The translations under genes were made by a program, and so were the position numbers. The notes beneath the pieces were generated by a model. It did no database searches and had not been told where the DNA came from. It saw only the letters and a program-made list of their open reading frames with translations. A stretch of DNA of 64,000 nucleotides from a virus. The DNA is taken from the IMG/VR virus record IMGVR_UViG_3300020045_010841, positions 1 to 64,000 of that record; one strand, written 5' to 3'. Shown piece by piece: positions 58,240 to 64,000 of the stretch (positions within the stretch are counted from its first letter, which is position 1; the number at the start of each line of letters is the position of its first letter).

Positions 58240-60087
58240 TTAAAAGTTAACAGTTCTACCGTGTATATCAGTATCGTTCTTTAATTCAAAAATACTGGGA
58301 TCTAATGATGGATATATGATTCCATTTATCGTTGCCGCTTTTATATCATAACCATATTTTGAATATCCATTTTCTTCACCGTTTTTATTATATATATGAA
58401 CATTTTTAACCGTTTGCACTCCTTCTACTTTATCTAGGATATTATATAATTCTGATGTAACAATGGGGTCATTTATTTTCCATTTGTCTATATTAAAGTG
58501 TTTTATTAATTCTTGTAAACACCCATTTAATACTAATCTATTATTGTAATTAGGTCTTAAAGTAATATCGAAATCTACTCCTATATTTATTATAAATGCA
58601 TCTTTTATATTTATAGCATCAGTGGATGTATTATATTCTTCTAAATATGTTTTTAGATTTGTTTTTAAAGCTAAATCAGCTGTAGTTAATTTATTATTAA
58701 TATCTTTTGATAATATATATAAAGATAATAAATTATTATCTCCATTATTGTTAAAGGAATCTTTTGTTATATAGGATTTAGAAATTATCCCAAACTCAGG
58801 AGGAAGAGAAAGGGTTCTTATTAAATAATCGTCTAATGTTACAGCACGAAGTTGAGTTGGATATGAAGATAATATATTTAATTTTAGATCTTCATTTGTA
58901 TCTCCATCTCCTCCTCCTATCCCAGGATTTGGATTATTAAAAGATAATGAATTAATAATAGTATTAGATAAAATAGAATCTAAATTATTTCCATAAAAAT
59001 TAATATTACCCGATGATAATATAGTTAATGTATTAGAAGAAACATTTGATTCTCTTCCACCCCCCACTAAATATTTAATATTTAATGTTGTGTTTGAAGG
59101 AGATATTCCATAGGTTTTAGTATATAAAAAATTAGAAGGATCAAATGCTGTATTTAATTTAGATATTCCATAAGGCAATCCCAAACCAATATTATCGAAA
59201 TTTGGGATAATTTCTTCATCTGGGGAAGAAGATATACCAGAGCCAAACTGAATTTCTAAATTGTTATTTGATTTAAATCTTGTTATAAATCGTTTTGGAA
59301 CTTTTTTTAATTTTAATAAATTTGGGGTGTTTGTTGAATATATTGATAAAGGATTATTAATATTTTTATTTTTCTCAAATATTGTTTCCTGTGCTAAATA
59401 GGGAACTTCAAACCATTGTTCCCCATCATTATCGGATACATTTAATATTTTTATTATTTTAGAATCATTTATCGAAATGGTTTTAAATCTTTCTGGTTCA
59501 TTAAAATCAAAAGAAATTGATTTTATTTCGCCCGAATATGCTTTTCTTTGTTTTTTTAATAAATAAAATTCAGGAAGTTGATTATTATTTAATGAGTAAA
59601 TACTTACTTCAGTTTCGTCATTAGAACCAGATATATTGAATTCTATTTTATCTTCTATATAAAATTTTACTTTTGAATCTAATGATGATTGAACTTGGGT
59701 ACCTTCATCTATTATTAAAGAATACGAATAATCAGGAGAAACAGAACCTGAAATAGTAATTGCAGGAACTAATTGATATATATCTAATAATGTATTAGAT
59801 ACATATGTTATTTGTGGTTTATATCCATAAACATATGCTTGGGATAGTAGGTTTTTTCTTTGTTTAGCAAATTGTAAAAAATTTTCTTGTATTTGATTAT
59901 CTTGATATAAAGATAAAACATCACCAACATATGAATTCATCTCAATTAACATCATCCCAGGAGATGATTCAGAAAAATCATTATATGTATTTGGATAATA
60001 GGTTTTAGCAAAATTTATTAATTTAGCTTTAAAACTATTAAAATCTTTTGCTATGTAATTTATATTTTTATCAATCATTTTTATCAA
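58240..60087 (-). CDS. Baseplate wedge subunit, T4 gp6 / baseplate J-like
   Basis: DFNSFK..L, YNDFSESSPG, YVGDVLS, IQFGSG, YLVGGG..SNV, RAVTLDDY motifs. Confidence 0.88.
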   Translation of the reverse strand: MIKMIDKNINYIAKDFNSFKAKLINFAKTYYPNTYNDFSESSPGMMLIEMNSYVGDVLSLYQDNQIQENFLQFAKQRKNLLSQAYVYGYKPQITYVSNTLLDIYQLVPAITISGSVSPDYSYSLIIDEGTQVQSSLDSKVKFYIEDKIEFNISGSNDETEVSIYSLNNNQLPEFYLLKKQRKAYSGEIKSISFDFNEPERFKTISINDSKIIKILNVSDNDGEQWFEVPYLAQETIFEKNKNINNPLSIYSTNTPNLLKLKKVPKRFITRFKSNNNLEIQFGSGISSSPDEEIIPNFDNIGLGLPYGISKLNTAFDPSNFLYTKTYGISPSNTTLNIKYLVGGGRESNVSSNTLTILSSGNINFYGNNLDSILSNTIINSLSFNNPNPGIGGGDGDTNEDLKLNILSSYPTQLRAVTLDDYLIRTLSLPPEFGIISKSYITKDSFNNNGDNNLLSLYILSKDINNKLTTADLALKTNLKTYLEEYNTSTDAINIKDAFIINIGVDFDITLRPNYNNRLVLNGCLQELIKHFNIDKWKINDPIVTSELYNILDKVEGVQTVKNVHIYNKNGEENGYSKYGYDIKAATINGIIYPSLDPSIFELKNDTDIHGRTVNF

Positions 60088-60481
60088 AATTTAACTGTAT
60101 GTCATCAGTTATATTAGTATTTAATATAGAATATTTTATATATATTGTTATAGTATTATTATCTGGTGTTATTATTATTTCTTCTAATTTAATATTAGGA
60201 AAATTATCCTTTACATAAGTAAATATTATATCTTCTATATTTTGTAAAGTATTATTAGATATTTGTTCAAATATTTGATTTCTTATATTTGAACCAAAAT
60301 TAGGATTTAATATTCTTTCTCTAGTCCCAGTTAATAAAAAATTTAATAAATTAGTTCTAATTGAATCTTTTGTGTTATAAGTTGTATTTAATCCTGTAGG
60401 TCCATCAAAAGGTATACTTATCCCAATACCTTTACTAGGTTGGAGATCTAAAGGGCTTATATTTTTTATTATATAACTCAT
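60071..60481 (-). CDS. Baseplate wedge / sheath initiator, T4 gp25-like
   Basis: IRTNLLNFLLTGTRERILNPNFGS...IFE motif. Confidence 0.88.
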   Translation of the reverse strand: MSYIIKNISPLDLQPSKGIGISIPFDGPTGLNTTYNTKDSIRTNLLNFLLTGTRERILNPNFGSNIRNQIFEQISNNTLQNIEDIIFTYVKDNFPNIKLEEIIITPDNNTITIYIKYSILNTNITDDIQLNFDKND

Positions 60482-60981
60482 TAAATTATTCCTTTATCTT
60501 TCATAGCCCCCATCAAATTAGAAAAATCAGGGACCACATCTATACTTATTTGATTTATATCATTTGTTTTTGGAGCACTTTGTAACATATCACCTACAGT
60601 ACCAACTTGGGTTTGAGTGGTACCATAATTATCATGAATGTATTCTTGAGCGTTACTTGAATCAAAGCCCCCAAATTGTTTCCAATCCTCTGCTGTATTA
60701 CTATATTTAGTTTCATTTAGAAGATCAATTAATGGATCTCCCGTAGTTTGATATATATTTTCATTTATAGGCAAACCTGTATTAATATATGGAGAGGGTT
60801 TATTTGTAATTGAGGATTGAGGAATTTTATTTATTCCAATATTAGTAGAACCACCGACCTTTTGGTATGGCTGTAGTATTTTAATTTGTTCCATTAAAGT
60901 AGTACGAAGATCATTCATTTCTTCTCTTACAACCTCTCTTACTGCTTCTTTTATTAATTGTTTAAATTGACTTACTTTCAT
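60481..60981 (-). CDS. Hypothetical protein with an MKVSQFKQLIKEAVRE leader
   Basis: Intact ORF; TATTTATA at 60985-60992. Confidence 0.65.
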   Translation of the reverse strand: MKVSQFKQLIKEAVREVVREEMNDLRTTLMEQIKILQPYQKVGGSTNIGINKIPQSSITNKPSPYINTGLPINENIYQTTGDPLIDLLNETKYSNTAEDWKQFGGFDSSNAQEYIHDNYGTTQTQVGTVGDMLQSAPKTNDINQISIDVVPDFSNLMGAMKDKGII

Positions 60982-61000
60982 GACTATAAATATTTAATTT

Positions 61001-62683
61001 CTAAATTTTACTAATGGTTATATTGTTATTTATTATTTTTATATTATATTTATCTTCAAAAGAAGACTCAAAAGCATTTTTAATATCTTCACTTTTATAT
61101 CCTTTATTTAATAAAGATTTCGACAATATATTTAATCTATTTTGAAGTTGAAATGTTTTATTAGTATTTACATATTGTTTAGATACCGAATTTATTATTC
61201 TTTTTATTTGTTCTACTTGAGTTGATGTTTTATTTATTTCTAATGAATCATATAATTTTTTATCATCAGGACTATTCTGTATTTGTTTATATAAAACATC
61301 ATTTACTTCTTTTTCTTTATCCGATGCTTCTTTTTCTGTTATAGATTGTAAACCTATTTGAGACATTAATTGGGATGCTTCTTCATCTGTGATATTATCA
61401 GTTCCTGAATCTAATGTTCCTTGTTCATTTTTTAAATCTATATAATATTGTCCTTCTTTTATTAATATTTGGTCTTTATTCGAATATGTTGGTGTTCCTT
61501 CATATTCAATCATATCTTGGGAATTAGTTACTATTACTCTTTTTCTTAATAAAGATGTATTATTGTCTGTTGTTTCCTCCTTTAATATAGTAATATTATA
61601 CCCTTTATATGAATTATTATTGTTAGTGTTATTAATTTTTATCGAAGGAAATAAATCTTCTAATAATATTAAATCAGATGATAAAGTATCTTTTCCTTGT
61701 TTAATAGTATCTAATAATACATCGTTAGTAAAATATGAACAAGAAGATAAATTTTCATATAATTGATTTAAACCAATTAATAATGTCATTATTTCATTCC
61801 TAATTCTTGTAATTTGTTTTATTACAGATGTAGATAAAAAAGTAGATACACTTTTTAATAATTTATCTAAATCATCAATGTCTCTATCAAACTTATTTAC
61901 CTTAGATGAAGAAGTAACTATAGCCCCAGATGTTAAATATTTAGCAGGGATTGGGAGTTTTTTAATAATATTAGAAGATAATTTATATATTTTAATTAAT
62001 ACATTTATTGTTTTAATTATTTTATTAATTAATTTTATTATATTATTAATTTGATTTATAGACTTATTTAATTTATTTACCAACTTAATTAATCTCATTA
62101 AACTAGATCTAAATTGTTCTGGTTTTATAATATTAGTTAATGTTTTATTTATTTGGTCTGCTTTACTACTTAACAATACTTCAGCTAAGTTGGAAGGATT
62201 CATGAAAGGAATTAACCTATTAGTAAGTGATTTTATTAGTAGTTTTTTATCTGATATTGATAATGCTGTATTAGTTATAACTAATGCGTCATTCAGATCT
62301 TGAAGTAGTTTAGATAATTTATCTCCTCCAGGTATTATATCTTTTAATTCTTCTGGTATTATTAAATCTTCTAATAGCAGTCTTATTTCTTCTATATCGT
62401 TTTGGATATTATCAGGATTACTATTTAATTCAAACTTATTAGTATATGAATTAATAAATTTAGTAACTTTATTTCCATATCCCTTTAATAATTTATCTAC
62501 TATTCCGTCTGGAGGTAATGTTTTAGTTAAAATATATCCCAAAGGGTTACAAAAATCAATAGAATTTATTTCTCTTACTACTTCATTTATATCAAATAAG
62601 ACATTAATAGTATCTTCCGTAATATTATTTATTTTTTTAGGAAGTTTATCTAATAATATATTTGAAAATTTAGTAGTATTCAT
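61001..62683 (-). CDS. Hypothetical helical baseplate-cluster protein
   Basis: 560 aa ORF, long amphipathic helices. Confidence 0.6.
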   Translation of the reverse strand: MNTTKFSNILLDKLPKKINNITEDTINVLFDINEVVREINSIDFCNPLGYILTKTLPPDGIVDKLLKGYGNKVTKFINSYTNKFELNSNPDNIQNDIEEIRLLLEDLIIPEELKDIIPGGDKLSKLLQDLNDALVITNTALSISDKKLLIKSLTNRLIPFMNPSNLAEVLLSSKADQINKTLTNIIKPEQFRSSLMRLIKLVNKLNKSINQINNIIKLINKIIKTINVLIKIYKLSSNIIKKLPIPAKYLTSGAIVTSSSKVNKFDRDIDDLDKLLKSVSTFLSTSVIKQITRIRNEIMTLLIGLNQLYENLSSCSYFTNDVLLDTIKQGKDTLSSDLILLEDLFPSIKINNTNNNNSYKGYNITILKEETTDNNTSLLRKRVIVTNSQDMIEYEGTPTYSNKDQILIKEGQYYIDLKNEQGTLDSGTDNITDEEASQLMSQIGLQSITEKEASDKEKEVNDVLYKQIQNSPDDKKLYDSLEINKTSTQVEQIKRIINSVSKQYVNTNKTFQLQNRLNILSKSLLNKGYKSEDIKNAFESSFEDKYNIKIINNNITISKI

Positions 62684-62686
62684 TTA

Positions 62687-63103
62687 TTATAATGTAAAAT
62701 TTTGAGTTGAATTTAATGTTTGTAATAATTTTTTTATTCTTTTGGTTGATTTTACTAAACTATTTCCCGCAGTTTGAACGGAAGGAAGAGGATTATTATT
62801 ACTATCTATTGCTATCAATAATTGTTCTCCAACATTACTTAAATCATCTAATAATTTAGTTAATAAATTTTTAAGTTCATTTCCTTTAACTAAAGGTTCT
62901 TTAGCATCAATTCCTAACTGTAAATTGGAGGTATTAATAATTACTTCTTTTTCTGTATTTAAATGGATTCCTTCATTAGAAGATAAACATATAGCTTTAG
63001 ATGAAAATAAAAATATAGAATCATCTTTGGAATTTAATACTATTCGTCCTGAATTAATTATTGCTTGTTTTCCGTCATAGGGAAATTTTGGAGAATAAGA
63101 CAT
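62687..63103 (-). CDS. Baseplate spike C-terminal part (gp5/gpV-like)
   Basis: YDGKQAIINSGRIVLNSK beta repeats, LG.DAKEPLVKGNEL. Confidence 0.6.
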   Translation of the reverse strand: MSYSPKFPYDGKQAIINSGRIVLNSKDDSIFLFSSKAICLSSNEGIHLNTEKEVIINTSNLQLGIDAKEPLVKGNELKNLLTKLLDDLSNVGEQLLIAIDSNNNPLPSVQTAGNSLVKSTKRIKKLLQTLNSTQNFTL

Positions 63104-63105
63104 AT

Positions 63106-63903
63106 TTAAAATGAGTTAGCATCAGGTATTTGAAGTGATATATTTAGACTATTGGATAAGGTAATATTAAATGATAATAAGTTTTTACAAGATAATTCTA
63201 ATGGAATTTCTTGTCCTGATGTTAAATAAATTGATGAATCGTCATTATTTATATCTTCATATATTGGAGTCCAAGGAGATGATTTGGGATTATTTGTTTG
63301 TCCGTTTCTTATTATAGTAATAGGATCTCCATCATTTCCCGATTCACTCCATGGATTTTGGATTAAACCTTGTTTTTTATTAGTGGATGAAAATCTTATA
63401 GAATTTCCAAATCTTCCTTCAAATATAATGTCTCCTTCTTCATGAATTAGATTTTTTATATTTTCTTTTTCATTAAAATTATCTCCAAAATTTAATTCTT
63501 TTGGATTATTTTCATAATTTGAAATATCGGGAAATGCATTATGATGATTACTATTCCATAATCCTATAGGAATAGGAAGATAATAGAATTCTTTAGCATT
63601 TGGATTATCATTAATATTAATAGAAGGAGCATTCAATATTAATACTAATTCATTTTTTAGGGGATATTGTTTAATATTAGAAAATAATGGTTTAGCATAT
63701 GATTTTGATATAGAATCAGAATCTACTGATTTGAATATAGGTTTAAATTCGATTGTTCCTATATCCGCCCATCCTTTTAATTTTTTAAATAATGGTTGTT
63801 CGTTGGAAAGTAAAATATCCTTAACCCTAGCAGAAAATATATTTTCTGAGGATGGAATTCCTTTAGAATTTGAATGTGTATTATTTCCAGGATATAAACT
63901 CAT
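63106..63903 (-). CDS. Baseplate spike N-terminal part (gp5 OB-fold-like)
   Basis: AKPL...YPLKNELVLI, EGDIIFEGRFGNSIRF, DPITIIRNGQ, SSIYLTS motifs. Confidence 0.65.
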   Translation of the reverse strand: MSLYPGNNTHSNSKGIPSSENIFSARVKDILLSNEQPLFKKLKGWADIGTIEFKPIFKSVDSDSISKSYAKPLFSNIKQYPLKNELVLILNAPSININDNPNAKEFYYLPIPIGLWNSNHHNAFPDISNYENNPKELNFGDNFNEKENIKNLIHEEGDIIFEGRFGNSIRFSSTNKKQGLIQNPWSESGNDGDPITIIRNGQTNNPKSSPWTPIYEDINNDDSSIYLTSGQEIPLELSCKNLLSFNITLSNSLNISLQIPDANSF

Positions 63904-63904
63904 G

Positions 63905-64000
63905 TTATACTACCGATAATTTTTGTACACTATTTAATAATTGTTCCTTTTCATCATCAGATAATTGTAGATCACCATTATCGCTTTGTTTTCCCGTATT
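63905..64000 (-). CDS. 3' end of a hypothetical gene entering from the right edge
   Basis: Open frame NTGKQSDNGDLQLSDDEKEQLLNSVQKLSVV* ends 1 nt before the next ATG. Confidence 0.6.
   Translation of the reverse strand, partial: NTGKQSDNGDLQLSDDEKEQLLNSVQKLSVV

Noticed and set aside
3084-63919. All plus-strand ORFs and the nested minus-strand ORFs at 14078, 22035, 28018 and 57515
   Set aside because: They overlap well-supported minus-strand genes or regulatory DNA and lack recognisable motifs; treated as shadow ORFs.
1-64000. Stop-codon reassignment as in some Bacteroidota phages
   Set aside because: Core genes are full length under the standard code; TAA, TGA (8425, 39801) and TAG (37390, 61001) all end genes at sensible boundaries.
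1-64000. tRNA or rRNA genes
   Set aside because: Intergenic gaps are short and no cloverleaf or T-loop signature was seen by eye; a tRNAscan-SE run would be needed to exclude them formally.

Overview
AT-rich, gene-dense segment of a large (jumbo-type) myovirus genome with T4-like morphogenesis genes. All credible genes lie on the minus strand. The host is probably a Bacteroidota/Flavobacterium-like bacterium; this is inferred from low GC, A-rich translation starts without obvious Shine-Dalgarno sites, SprB-like repeats and TAnnTTTG-like promoters. In transcription order (right to left) the window holds: baseplate spike and wedge genes; primase and exonuclease; a ~21 kb block of probable internal head proteins with islands of metabolic/RNA-repair genes; terminase, portal, prohead protease, scaffold, major capsid protein, PhoH, neck genes and tail terminator; and a >2000 aa tail fibre running off the left edge. 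The most notable signal is a peptide tag, (hydrophobic)-x-E|[VI]-[KR]-[VI]-N-[NKRT]-P. By hand count it occurs 24 times in 10 ORFs, and three further unannotated mini-ORFs begin directly with MKVNNP. The tag precedes ~55-105 aa cargo modules, which form paralogous families shuffled between genes and inserted in frame into conserved proteins. It sits right after a T4 gp21-type protease consensus site, and several carrier genes share an RxQxLAGI motif with the scaffold C-terminus. I infer a modular capsid-packaged polyprotein system in which the prohead protease releases many small effectors sharing one N-terminal signal. No tRNA, rRNA or CRISPR array was seen. Family assignments come from motif recognition only; no database searches were run.
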